DNA from: Actinomycetales bacterium
Lineage (GTDB): Bacteria > Actinomycetota > Actinomycetes > Actinomycetales > CAVURS01
NCBI GenBank assembly: GCA_045807245.1
Contig: JBJMHS010000037.1
Location: 1-50,049 of the forward strand
Reading direction: 5' to 3'
Length of the DNA: 50,049 nt
The translations under genes were made by a program, and so were the position numbers. Every line of letters starts with the position of its first letter. Positions within the stretch are counted from its first letter, which is position 1. Positions 19,233 through 28,422 of this stretch are shown in pieces. A model generated the notes under the pieces. That model was given only the letters and a program-made list of their open reading frames with translations. It was not told the origin of the DNA and searched no databases.

Positions 19233-20339
19233 TCAGGGCGCCAGCGTCCACTCGCCGGCCGCTGTGACCACATCAACCAACGAGCCCCGCTGCCGGAAGG
19301 CGTCGCGCTGCATGCTCGCACCACCGCCCCGGGCGAAAAGCTCGGCCACGCCACGCTGGACCAGGGCCAGGTCTCCGCTGGTCTCCAGCGCCGGCCGCAC
19401 GTGTTCGACCAGCTCCGCGACCACCTGACCGGCCGGTGCGGGCGATGATCCGTCGGCCGGCACCAGCTGCTCGGTGATCCCGTGGCGCGCGGCCCGCCAC
19501 GTCATTGCTCGAAGGACGGCCCGACTGAGGCCGGTCGGCGGATGCCCTCGTTCCGCTTCCTCGGCGGCGGTCTGCACCAGGCCCCGGCACAGCGCAGCGA
19601 GCAGAGCCACGTCAGCGCTCAGGGCCGGGATGTCCATCACGCGGATCTCGACAGTCGGGTAGCGCGACGAGAGCCGAGCGTCGAAGTAGACCATCGCCTC
19701 GTCGATGGCGGCGCCCGTGCTGATCAGCTGGTCGGCCACGGCTCGGTAGCTCGCGTAGTCACCGAAGAGCTCGGTCGGGCCACTCGTGGGCCACAGACCC
19801 CACATCACGCTGCGGAAGCTGGCGTAGCCGGTGTCGCGCCCTTGGTAGTACGGCGAGTTGGCCGACATGGCGAGCAGGACGGGCAACCAGGGGCCGACCC
19901 GGTCGAGGATCTGGACGCCCTCTTCGTTCGACGTGACCGACACGTGGACGTGCAGGCCGCAGGCGAGCTGGCTGTCGGCGACGGACCCGTACAGCGCGAC
20001 CATCTGCGCGTACCGGTCGTCCTTGGTCGTGATGGCGACACCGGCGGCGGGGTCCGTCGCGAGCGCGGTGACGATCGACTCACGCGCGGCGGCCCGGCGG
20101 GCGATCTCGTGCCGGCCACCCTCGACGTCTTTGCGCAGGTCGGAGATCCGCTCGTGCGGACTGGTCGCCGCCTCGATCTGGGCCCGCTTGAACTCGTGCT
20201 CGACGGTCGACAACGGATGACCTGGGGTGTCCCCCGGCGGGCCGTCCTGCGGGTCGGCCAAGGCATCGCCCAAGCGCGCGAGATGCGCGGTCCCCCGCTC
20301 GAAGAGCAACAGCTCCTGCTCGACGCCCACGGTCCGCAC
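19233..20339 (-). CDS. Glutamate--cysteine ligase family 2 / YbdK carboxylate-amine ligase
   Basis: TVGVEQELLL, QIEAAT, CGLHVHV, SANSPY, YFDARLS..YPTVEIRVMD. GTG 20339 lies 7 nt downstream of TATCCT. Confidence 0.9.
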   Translation of the reverse strand: MRTVGVEQELLLFERGTAHLARLGDALADPQDGPPGDTPGHPLSTVEHEFKRAQIEAATSPHERISDLRKDVEGGRHEIARRAAARESIVTALATDPAAGVAITTKDDRYAQMVALYGSVADSQLACGLHVHVSVTSNEEGVQILDRVGPWLPVLLAMSANSPYYQGRDTGYASFRSVMWGLWPTSGPTELFGDYASYRAVADQLISTGAAIDEAMVYFDARLSSRYPTVEIRVMDIPALSADVALLAALCRGLVQTAAEEAERGHPPTGLSRAVLRAMTWRAARHGITEQLVPADGSSPAPAGQVVAELVEHVRPALETSGDLALVQRGVAELFARGGGASMQRDAFRQRGSLVDVVTAAGEWTLAP

Positions 20340-20494
20340 AGGGCGAAGGATAACGACGTTCTCACGCTCGGCGCGGGCATCGCCCTGTGCGCCTGGGGCA
20401 CGCCGTACGCGGTCACCGAGATGCGGCGAGCGCCGTCCTGAGCGACCGTAATGAGATGCCCGAACCACAGTCACGCTAGCCAGAGGGAGGAACC

Positions 20495-20767
20495 ATGCCG
20501 GGTCGACGGTCACCAGGACCGAGTGTCAAGGACAAGAACCTCTACGAAGAGCTGAGGGACGAGGGCAACAGCAAGGAGAAGTCCGCGCGGATCGCCAACG
20601 CCGCCGCCAACACGTCTCGGTCGGCGGTGGGCCGCAAAGGCGGCAAGAGCGGGACGTACGACGACTGGACCGTCGCGGACCTGCGCAAACGAGCCGCTGA
20701 CATCGGCATCGAAGGGCGATCCAGGATGAACAAGTCCCAACTCGTCAAACAGCTCCGGAACCACTGA
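20495..20767 (+). CDS. Small basic protein with a Rho-termination-factor N-terminal-like domain
   Basis: GGGAGG RBS. PSVKD..LYEELR..G.SKEKSARIAN and C-terminal WTVADLRKRA..IGIEGRSRMNKSQL. Confidence 0.85.
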   Translation: MPGRRSPGPSVKDKNLYEELRDEGNSKEKSARIANAAANTSRSAVGRKGGKSGTYDDWTVADLRKRAADIGIEGRSRMNKSQLVKQLRNH

Positions 20768-20771
20768 CGCC

Positions 20772-21017
20772 ATGGCTGCCATCGACGAGGAGATGATCCG
20801 GGCCGCCATGGCGCCGGGACTCTCGCAGGCGAAGAGGACGTTCGACGACGTCGCCCAGCGGATGGGCGAGCGCCCGCCGGACGAGGTGCATCACGAGCTG
20901 GTCGAGCGGCTGCAGGCCGAGCCGTTCGCCTGGGACGACGGCGAGCTGCACAAGATCGCGGCGTCAATAGGCCAGTCCTCCGACGAAGAGCCCGCTGAGG
21001 ACCAGGCGCCGAGGTGA
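20772..21017 (+). CDS. Hypothetical acidic protein (81 aa)
   Basis: Starts 4 nt after the upstream stop and shows GC3-biased codons. Confidence 0.6.
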   Translation: MAAIDEEMIRAAMAPGLSQAKRTFDDVAQRMGERPPDEVHHELVERLQAEPFAWDDGELHKIAASIGQSSDEEPAEDQAPR

Positions 21018-21057
21018 TCATTTCCGCTCTGATCCGGTAGGCCGGTCACCGGTCCGG

Positions 21058-22347
21058 TCACGCGTCCGGGGCCGACGCGTCTAGGCCGCAGATGTCGAGG
21101 GCGAGGACGGCCAGAGCACGAGCGCAGGTGAGCACCTCGGCGAGCGGCACGGACTCGTTCGGCCCGTGCGCGAGGGTCACGTCGCCCGGCCCGTAGTGCA
21201 GGGTCGGCACACCGGCCAGGTTGGTCATCAGGCGCAGGTCGCTGCCGTACGGCGCCGCCCAGGTCGCCTGCGGTCGACTCGAGACCCGCTCGTGGGCCGC
21301 GCGCATCCTGCGATCGAGGTCACTGCCGGCCGGCAGCCGCGCCGGCTCGAACGTGCCACCCCACCACTCGACGGTCGCCGGGTGGTCGCGCAGCCAAGGA
21401 TCCTCGGCGCAAGTCTGTGCGACCGCTGCTTCGAGCTCATGCCGGGCGTCGGCAACCGGCTCGTCGAGGCCCACCCCCAGCCGGCCATCCGCGACGACCC
21501 GGTCCGGCACAGTCGACGCCCAGTCGCCGCCGCGGACGATGCCGATCGACAACGGGTACGCGATGTCCCAGCGCCTGGTCAGCGGGTCGACGTCGGCGTT
21601 GCGCCGTGCCTCGAGTGCGGTCAGGGCGGAGCGGATCGGGTCGAGCTTGTCCAGCGCACTCACCCCGGCCGTGCGCCGCGCCGCGTGAACCGCCAGCCCG
21701 GGAACGGTGATGCGGAAGGTGAGCGACCCGGCGTTGGCGGGCACGAGGTCGAGACTCGTCGGCTCGGGGATGACGCAGGCGTCGGCCCGCCAGCCTCGCC
21801 TGATCGTGGCGTAGGTGCCGAGGCCGCCGTCCTCCTCACCCTGGACGCTGGCCAGGATCAGGTCGCCACGCAACGGGGCCCCACTGTCGCGCAGGGCCTT
21901 CACGGCGAAGTACGACGCGGCCACCCCAGCCTTCATGTCGCAGGTGCCGCGCCCGGCCATCAGGTCCCCGACGATGCCTCCGGCGAACGGGTCACCGGAC
22001 GGCCAGCCGGCGGCTGGGCCGGGCGGTACGACGTCGACGTGTCCGTTCAGCATCAGCGAGGCGCCGTCACCTCTGCCGCGAAGACGGCCGACGAGACCCC
22101 AGGCCTGTGAGCGGTCCACCTCCATGCCGGGGAACTCGTCCTGCGCCATGAGCTCGCCCAGCGGGATCTCCCAGTGGTCGACCTCGAGCCCGATGGCGTC
22201 GAGCTCTCGGCGCATCAGGTCCTGAACCTCGTGCTCCGCGTCGCTCCCGCTGACGCTGGGCACCCGGACCAGCCGCTGCAGCCAGGACGTCATCTCGCGC
22301 GCCGACGCGTCGACCAGGTCGAGGACGCGTGCCTGCCAGTCGGTCAC
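21058..22347 (-). CDS. ArgE/DapE-family (M20) deacylase
   Basis: LNGHVDVVP, GRGTCDMKAG, GEEDGG, IPEPT and AHGPNE. Confidence 0.92.
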   Translation of the reverse strand: MTDWQARVLDLVDASAREMTSWLQRLVRVPSVSGSDAEHEVQDLMRRELDAIGLEVDHWEIPLGELMAQDEFPGMEVDRSQAWGLVGRLRGRGDGASLMLNGHVDVVPPGPAAGWPSGDPFAGGIVGDLMAGRGTCDMKAGVAASYFAVKALRDSGAPLRGDLILASVQGEEDGGLGTYATIRRGWRADACVIPEPTSLDLVPANAGSLTFRITVPGLAVHAARRTAGVSALDKLDPIRSALTALEARRNADVDPLTRRWDIAYPLSIGIVRGGDWASTVPDRVVADGRLGVGLDEPVADARHELEAAVAQTCAEDPWLRDHPATVEWWGGTFEPARLPAGSDLDRRMRAAHERVSSRPQATWAAPYGSDLRLMTNLAGVPTLHYGPGDVTLAHGPNESVPLAEVLTCARALAVLALDICGLDASAPDA

Positions 22348-22374
22348 GGTGTCGGCACCCTGCGCGCCGGCGGC

Positions 22375-22965
22375 TCAGCCGACGCGGTCGAGGAGCTCGC
22401 GCGAGCGCTGTACGACGAGTGCGCAGGCATCCGCGTCGTACGACGGCAGCGAGCTGTCGGTGAACAGGTGCTTGTCTCCCGGGTAGACGAACAGCTCGGC
22501 GAGCTCCGGCCCGACCGTCGCGACGATCTGGCGCGCGGCGTCGATGTCTCCCTCGAGGGCGAAGAACGGGTCCTGGTCCATCCCGTGAATCTGCACCGGG
22601 ACGCCGTCGGGCCACGGACCGAACGCCCAGTCGCCGGTCAGGGGGACGCAGGACTCGTACAGCAGCGCGCCGAGAGCACCCGGCCGGGTCTGGGCAAAGC
22701 GTTGCGCGGTGGCACCTCCGAAGGAGAACCCGCCGTACACGACAGCAGCGGGCAGGTCGGAGATCGCTGCCTCCGCTCGCCGCGTCAGCTCCTCGTCACC
22801 GACGCTGCGGGTGAACGCGATGCCGTCCTCTATCGTGCGCGGCCGCTCTCCGTCGAACAGGTCCGGCGTGTGCACCGTGTGGCCGCCGGACCGGAGCCCC
22901 TCGGCGAACGCCTGCATCCCGTCCGTCAGTCCTTGCACGTGATGGAAAAGCACGACCTCGGCCAT
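22375..22965 (-). CDS. Dienelactone hydrolase-family alpha/beta hydrolase
   Basis: VVLFHH..GLT, PDLFDG, GFSFG nucleophile elbow and YPG..HLF. AGGAG RBS. Confidence 0.9.
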   Translation of the reverse strand: MAEVVLFHHVQGLTDGMQAFAEGLRSGGHTVHTPDLFDGERPRTIEDGIAFTRSVGDEELTRRAEAAISDLPAAVVYGGFSFGGATAQRFAQTRPGALGALLYESCVPLTGDWAFGPWPDGVPVQIHGMDQDPFFALEGDIDAARQIVATVGPELAELFVYPGDKHLFTDSSLPSYDADACALVVQRSRELLDRVG

Positions 22966-23066
22966 CGTCTTCACTCCTGTCCTTGGTTCACCGGCTCAGC
23001 CATCCACCCTGGTGGAGCCCACCGACAACCGCACCACGGGGTACCGCACCGCGGCTACCGACTCGC

Positions 23067-23888
23067 TCACCGCGGGCCCGGGGAGCGCCACACATCGAGC
23101 CGGGCATCGAGCAGTCGCTCCGCGAACCCGCCGCTGGGGCTGGCGTCCAGCAGCAGCCTCCGCAGCTCTCCTTCGAACGCCTCGGCCGGCTCGCCGAACC
23201 GCACCGGCGCCGACGATGCCGTCGAGAGGTAGCGCGCGACCAGGTCGTCGACGGTCGAGGTCACCACGTCGCCTCCCGGCACGATGACGATGTCCGGACC
23301 CTCGAAACCGGCCCCGCGCATCGCGGTTGCTGCCTCCTCCGGGTCGGCGCGGCCGGTCCCCACGCGCCAGCCTGTCCCGAGGTGGCGGTCCCGCAGGTCG
23401 TTGACCGCCTCGTACGGCGGTGCAGGGTCACCGAGGACGGGCTCACCCTGCAGAGACGGTGCATAGACGTGGACGCAGCGGCCGCCCGGACGCAGCACCG
23501 AGCGCACGGCCTCGGCCACGCGGGGCTGGTCCATCCAGTGAAAGCTCAGCGCGAACGTGACGGTGTCGAAGCGGCCCAGCCGGGGGCCGATCTCCTCGGC
23601 CGGCAGATGGCGGAACACGACCTGGTGCAGCCGACGCTCGCGGGCCGTCTGCTCAGCCACGGCGAGCATCTCTGCGTCCACGTCGACACCGACCACCTCG
23701 TCGTACCGGTCAGCCAGCTCGAAGGTGAGCCGGCCCGGTCCGCAACCCACGTCGAGGAGCCGCGAATGCGGGCGAAGGCCGACGGCGCCGGCGAGAGCCT
23801 CGCCCAGACCGCGCGGGTACGGGAGGCGGCCCCGCGAGTAGTACGACGCGCTGCCGCGATACCGGTCCGGGCTGGCTGGCACGCTCAT
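23067..23888 (-). CDS. Class I SAM-dependent methyltransferase
   Basis: LLDVGCGPG, GVDVDAEML, SFHWM and LRPGG. Confidence 0.88.
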   Translation of the reverse strand: MSVPASPDRYRGSASYYSRGRLPYPRGLGEALAGAVGLRPHSRLLDVGCGPGRLTFELADRYDEVVGVDVDAEMLAVAEQTARERRLHQVVFRHLPAEEIGPRLGRFDTVTFALSFHWMDQPRVAEAVRSVLRPGGRCVHVYAPSLQGEPVLGDPAPPYEAVNDLRDRHLGTGWRVGTGRADPEEAATAMRGAGFEGPDIVIVPGGDVVTSTVDDLVARYLSTASSAPVRFGEPAEAFEGELRRLLLDASPSGGFAERLLDARLDVWRSPGPR

Positions 23889-24084
23889 CGCCGGTCAGGT
23901 TAGCCCGCGGTCCTGAGCCGCTGTCGAGGACTGGTCAGGCATGCGACACCGTCTCGCGGAAGCGGCTTCGGTCGCGCTCAGATGGCATGCGTTCACACTG
24001 CGTGCCCGGCTCCGGCTGCCGTGCGACAACGAGGTGCCACGGGCGTAGGTTGTCCGAGGCTTCGAGTCGGGAAGGGTGCGGCGA

Positions 24085-25236
24085 ATGCGTTCAGCTGCCG
24101 TCGTCGTGGCCGTGGGCACCCGGCCCGAGGCGATCAAGCTCGCGCCGGTGATCATGGCCATGCGGGCACACGGGACGATCGCGCCTGCCGTCGTGACAAC
24201 GGGCCAGCATCGCCAGCTGGTCCGCGACGCTCTTGACCTGTTCGGCATCTCCAGCGACGTGGATCTGGCCATGGGAGAACAGGTTTCGGAACTCTCCACC
24301 AAGGCGGCCCACCTCATCGAGCGAGCCGGGCAGCTGCTGCGCGATCGCGCCCCTCGGGCAGTTGTCGTCCAGGGCGACACCTTGTCGGCGTTCGGTTTCG
24401 GCCTCGCCGCGTTCTACCAGCGCATCCCCGTGGTCCACGTCGAAGCAGGTCTGCGGTCCGGAGACCTGTCGGCGCCGTTCCCGGAGGAGTTCCACCGTCG
24501 CTCGACGGCGTTGCTGGCCCGGCTGCACTTCGCGCCGACCGAACGGGCCGCGGCGCGGCTGCGCGGTGAGCACGTGCCGGAGGGTCGCATCCACGTCACG
24601 GGCAACACGGTGGTCGACGCCCTGCGGCTGGTCCGGGCCCATGGAGCCCGGCCGGCGGAGAGCACGGTCGAGCCGGCGGCCCAGATCCCCGAGGTCGAGC
24701 AGGTGCTGCGCGGACGGACCCGGCTCGTCCTGGTGACCGCCCACCGGCGTGAGTCCTGGGGCGCACCCATGGAGCAGGTCGTCGGCGCGCTGGAACAGCT
24801 GGCGGCGGGCCGGCCCGACACGGCGTTCGTCGTCTGCGTCCACCCGAACCCCCTCGTCGGTTCGGAGTTCTCCCGGCTGGCCGGACTGGGCAACGTCGTC
24901 CTCACGCCTCCCGTCGGCTACGCCGACTTCGTCCGGCTGATGGACCGAGCCGACCTGATCCTCACCGACTCCGGAGGGATCCAGGAGGAGGCGCCGAGCC
25001 TCGGCACTCCCGTGCTCGTCCTGCGCGAGCTGACCGAACGGATGGAGAACCTCGACGCCGGCGTGGCTCGCCTGATCGGTACGTCGACGCCGGGGATCGT
25101 CGCGGAGGTGGGGCGGTTGCTCGACGACCCGGCCGCGCTCGCGCTGATGGCGCGGCTCGGAGACCTGCACGGTGACGGTCACGCCGCCGAGCGGTGCGTG
25201 AAGATCCTCGCCGAGGAGCTCGAGCTCATGCCGTGA
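24085..25236 (+). CDS. wecB: Non-hydrolysing UDP-N-acetylglucosamine 2-epimerase
   Basis: GTRPEAIKLAPV, TGQHR, VQGDT, HVEAGLRS, PFPEE, VTGNTVVD, TAHRRES and TDSGGIQEEAP. Confidence 0.95.
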   Translation: MRSAAVVVAVGTRPEAIKLAPVIMAMRAHGTIAPAVVTTGQHRQLVRDALDLFGISSDVDLAMGEQVSELSTKAAHLIERAGQLLRDRAPRAVVVQGDTLSAFGFGLAAFYQRIPVVHVEAGLRSGDLSAPFPEEFHRRSTALLARLHFAPTERAAARLRGEHVPEGRIHVTGNTVVDALRLVRAHGARPAESTVEPAAQIPEVEQVLRGRTRLVLVTAHRRESWGAPMEQVVGALEQLAAGRPDTAFVVCVHPNPLVGSEFSRLAGLGNVVLTPPVGYADFVRLMDRADLILTDSGGIQEEAPSLGTPVLVLRELTERMENLDAGVARLIGTSTPGIVAEVGRLLDDPAALALMARLGDLHGDGHAAERCVKILAEELELMP

Positions 25237-26446
25237 GCAGCTCCAGCAGCTGCGGGGCCACGACCCGCTGGTAGAACCAGACGCCGTCGATGGAGCCGGT
25301 GAACGCCGGCTCTCCCCCGGTCCGCTCGGTGCGCGGGCGCGCCGTACCGAGGCCCATCCCGAGCACCCGGGGGCTGACCCGGCCGTCGACGACCAGCCGG
25401 CCGTCGCCGTCCCAGCTCGCAGCCGTCGGGGTGCTCGCCGCACGGTGATTGTCTACCGACAACAGTGATCGGACCGGGGAGTCGTAGCCGGTCGCCCAGA
25501 CTCGTTGCTCCCGTCCGTCGGGCGGTCCGAGCTCATCGGCCGGCCGGCCGCTCATCGGGACCAGCCGCACCCGCGGCTCCGCCCCTGACCGCACCCGCCG
25601 ATAGAGAGCGGCCGCATCGGTGCGCAGCCCGCCGAACCGGTGCACGAGCCCGGTGGCCGGGCAGATGTCGTCCGCAGCCACGGACTGCCCGTCCGCGCGC
25701 GCCGCCTCGACGTCGGAGTACGTCATGAGGATGGGGCTGCGGTGCAGGATCCGGATCGACCCGTCCGTCCAGGGCAGGTCCGTCCGCAGCAGGCGCCCGG
25801 CCACCGCGAACGCACTGTGTGAGCCGCCCACGACCGCGACCCGTGGCCGCTGCGGGTCGAGCCGGCTCAGGAGTGCTCGCAGGCCCGGATCGCGCAGGAC
25901 CGAGTCACTGTGCACGTCCACCGCGAGGTCGGGCCGGACGTCGGACGGAAACCGTGGCGCGCCACCGATGCCCAGCACGACTGTCGAGGCTCGCAGCCGG
26001 CGCACTCCGCCGTTGCCCCGCAGTGACAGCTCGACGCCGTCCGGGTCCGGGGCCATGCTGACCAGCTCCGTGCGGTCCAGGATCGTCACGCGTGGACGCT
26101 TCGACAGCGCCTCGACCAGGCGCTGCCCGGCCTGGCGCAGCAGCCGGCCGGCCACGGTGAGCGGCACCGGCTCGTCGGTCGAGCAACGCCTCATCAGACG
26201 CCGGGTCTCGGCGTCGAGGTCGTCGTCGAAGCCGCCCTCGAGCCATTCACAATATTCGGTGAAAACCCTTCCCCGGGTGTCTGATCGGACTCGATAACGA
26301 CCCAGCTGTCCGGCGCCGAACCGCTCCCTCGACGCCGCGTCGACAATGACGAGCCCCTCACGCGCGAGCTCGTCCAGCTGCTCCCGGCTGGCCGCAGTCA
26401 GCAGCCCCAGCATCGCCGGTCCGCCACCGACGACTACGACGGTCAT
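25226..26446 (-). CDS. FAD/NAD(P)-binding oxidoreductase of unknown function
   Basis: Two Rossmann-like motifs (VVVVGGGPA and VAVVGGSHSA) plus WATGY. Starts 3 nt after the upstream stop. Confidence 0.75.
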   Translation of the reverse strand: MTVVVVGGGPAMLGLLTAASREQLDELAREGLVIVDAASRERFGAGQLGRYRVRSDTRGRVFTEYCEWLEGGFDDDLDAETRRLMRRCSTDEPVPLTVAGRLLRQAGQRLVEALSKRPRVTILDRTELVSMAPDPDGVELSLRGNGGVRRLRASTVVLGIGGAPRFPSDVRPDLAVDVHSDSVLRDPGLRALLSRLDPQRPRVAVVGGSHSAFAVAGRLLRTDLPWTDGSIRILHRSPILMTYSDVEAARADGQSVAADDICPATGLVHRFGGLRTDAAALYRRVRSGAEPRVRLVPMSGRPADELGPPDGREQRVWATGYDSPVRSLLSVDNHRAASTPTAASWDGDGRLVVDGRVSPRVLGMGLGTARPRTERTGGEPAFTGSIDGVWFYQRVVAPQLLELLTA

Positions 26447-26449
26447 GGT

Positions 26450-27478
26450 TCAGACAAGAGACGCCACCGACGCTGCCGCGGCGTCGTTGTGCCAGGAGAG
26501 CGCCTGGTGGCCGAAGATCGTGGACCAGGCGTTGACGTCGTCGCTGTCCGGCTCGTACCGCAGACCCCGGCCCGGGACTCGGAGCGCCTCCAGCGCCGCA
26601 GCCGCTCGGGCGGAGCTGTCCGCGAAGTGGTCCGGGTCGACCAGCGTCCAGATCCGAAGGGCCTGGGCCGTCGCGTCCGCGCGCACCGGTCCGGACGCCG
26701 ACCGCCCGTCGTGCCAGGCAACGAGGCCACCTGACGCCTCCTGGACGGCGGCCAGCCAGGCGGCGCCGGCCCACAGCCGGTCCCGCAGATCCCTCAGATC
26801 CCCCTGATCCGGCTGGTCCGCCGTCGACCCCCCGTCCGCCGCCGCCATGAGCAGTCCTTCGACGGCATAGCAATGGCTGTGGACATAGGTCTGGCGCGCG
26901 AACGCGTGCGCCCGGAAGCGCCCGTCCGGTTCCTGGACCTCCGTGGCCGCGGCCACACAGACGTCGACCGCGTCCCTCATGCGCGCAGAGTCCCCGAACC
27001 GATCCCGCGCGGCCAGCAGGGCGCCGACCACCTTGGCCTGGTGAGCGCCGTACGACTCGGACCACCGCGTCTCCGGCCGGAGAGCGCTCGCCCACGACTG
27101 CGCGGCAGCCGGGCTGCGCTTGTCGGCAGCGGTCACCAGTAGGTCGGTCCAGCGCCGGGCCACCTCGTCGGTCCCCGCCGTAGTCAGGTCAGCGAGCAGT
27201 CCGCCCAGCGCCATGGCCGTGTCGAACGTGTAGGCCTGCCCGTCCCGGGCGACCCCCTCGACCGGTGCCGGGTCCCTGACCAGAGCCTGGACCAGCTCGC
27301 CCCGCCGCGACGGCGCGGCACTCTCCACGGCGAGCAGGTGCAGGAGCAGACCGCTGATCTCCGGGTAGGGGTAGCCGGGGTGCCGCGGGTTCCACCAGCT
27401 CAGGCAGTGTCCGGCTCCAGGCCCGTCGGGCGCCCGCAGCTCGGCCGACGCCAGCCAGCTCAGCAGCGACGCGGGCAA
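26450..27478 (-). CDS. Helical-repeat protein, probably an (alpha/alpha)-toroid (prenyltransferase/squalene oxidase repeat-like)
   Basis: TTG start after AGGAGG. YPEISG, FDTAMALGGL, QEPDGRF, HSHCYAVEGLL, WLAAVQEASGG (QW-like repeats) and DATAQ. Confidence 0.7.
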   Translation of the reverse strand: MPASLLSWLASAELRAPDGPGAGHCLSWWNPRHPGYPYPEISGLLLHLLAVESAAPSRRGELVQALVRDPAPVEGVARDGQAYTFDTAMALGGLLADLTTAGTDEVARRWTDLLVTAADKRSPAAAQSWASALRPETRWSESYGAHQAKVVGALLAARDRFGDSARMRDAVDVCVAAATEVQEPDGRFRAHAFARQTYVHSHCYAVEGLLMAAADGGSTADQPDQGDLRDLRDRLWAGAAWLAAVQEASGGLVAWHDGRSASGPVRADATAQALRIWTLVDPDHFADSSARAAAALEALRVPGRGLRYEPDSDDVNAWSTIFGHQALSWHNDAAAASVASLV

Positions 27479-27576
27479 CGGCTTCGCCTCCTGAGCAGCG
27501 TCTTCGGCCGGGACAACGAGTGAGACGATAACCGCGCCCGGGCGGGCTGCACGCGATGATCGAGGAAGGCGGGTCG

Positions 27577-28422
27577 ATGGCTGCGGAAGGCGAGCTACAG
27601 GCGCGCGTCGATGACATCACCATCGACCTGATGTCGCGGCCCGCGGTCCTCGACCACATGCGACGGGCCCTCTCCGGTGATCGCCCACCTCTGGTGCTGA
27701 TGTCGGCCAACCTCGACCACGTGCATTCCTTCGCGACCCGGCACCGGCTGCCGACCGGTCGCCATCGTGGCGTCGACTTCGTGACTCTCCTGGACGGGCA
27801 GCCGGTGGCCCGCGCCGTACGGCGGCAGACCAACGGCGCTCGGGCCGAGGTGGTGCCCGGCAGCGAGCTGCTCGAACCCGCGCTGGAGTTCGCGGCGGCG
27901 AGCCAGTCCCGGGTCGTCCTCGTCGGCGCCAGCGATCGCACGCGCAAGCTCTGGCGGACGGACCTGCCGCGGCGCTTCCCCGGCATCGCCGGACCGGAGA
28001 CGTTCGCGGTGCACTGGGCCGACTACGACGCACCCGGCGGGAGCGCGGCGTTGGCGACCCGCGTGGCCGCCGCGCAGCCCGACCTCGTCGTCGTCAGTCT
28101 CGGCAAGCCGCGCCAGGAGCTCTGGCTGCGCGACCACGTCGCCGAGCTGGGCTGCCGGCTCGCCCTGGCGTTCGGCTCGGCCGCCGACTACCTCGTCGGC
28201 ACGCAGACCCGTCCTCCAGCCTTCGTCCGCCGGCCCGGGCTCGAGTGGCTGGTCCGGCTGGCCAGGGAGCCACGACGCCTCGGCCCGCGGTACCTGTTGC
28301 AGGCTCCCCCGGCGTTGCGCGTCGTACGGCGTCAGCTGACCGTTCACGAGAGAGTGGGGGGCGAGCCAGTGACCGCCGAGGACCACGGCCGCGATGTGCG
28401 ACCCACGCCGAGGAGCAGCTGA
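27577..28422 (+). CDS. WecB/TagA/CpsF-family (GT26) glycosyltransferase; alternative start 27556
   Basis: SANLDH, LDG.PV, VVSLGKPRQELW and GLEWLVRLAREPRRLGPRYL. GAGGAAGG lies 7 nt before ATG 27577. Confidence 0.9.
   Translation: MAAEGELQARVDDITIDLMSRPAVLDHMRRALSGDRPPLVLMSANLDHVHSFATRHRLPTGRHRGVDFVTLLDGQPVARAVRRQTNGARAEVVPGSELLEPALEFAAASQSRVVLVGASDRTRKLWRTDLPRRFPGIAGPETFAVHWADYDAPGGSAALATRVAAAQPDLVVVSLGKPRQELWLRDHVAELGCRLALAFGSAADYLVGTQTRPPAFVRRPGLEWLVRLAREPRRLGPRYLLQAPPALRVVRRQLTVHERVGGEPVTAEDHGRDVRPTPRSS

Noticed and set aside
20313..20330. YbdK motif GVEQE instead of GVEEE as an inactivating change
   Set aside because: The metal ligands are the first and third positions of ExE, and the middle residue varies in this family.
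1820..20494. Shared SigB/SigF promoters (GTTT-N15-17-GGGTA) upstream of the stress-type genes
   Set aside because: I inspected the ADH, YihY, LLM and Rho_N upstream regions and found no convincing match.
23029..23062. Degenerate ACCGCACCRCGG repeat downstream of the methyltransferase
   Set aside because: Only two imperfect copies in GC-rich DNA, not distinguishable from chance or slippage.
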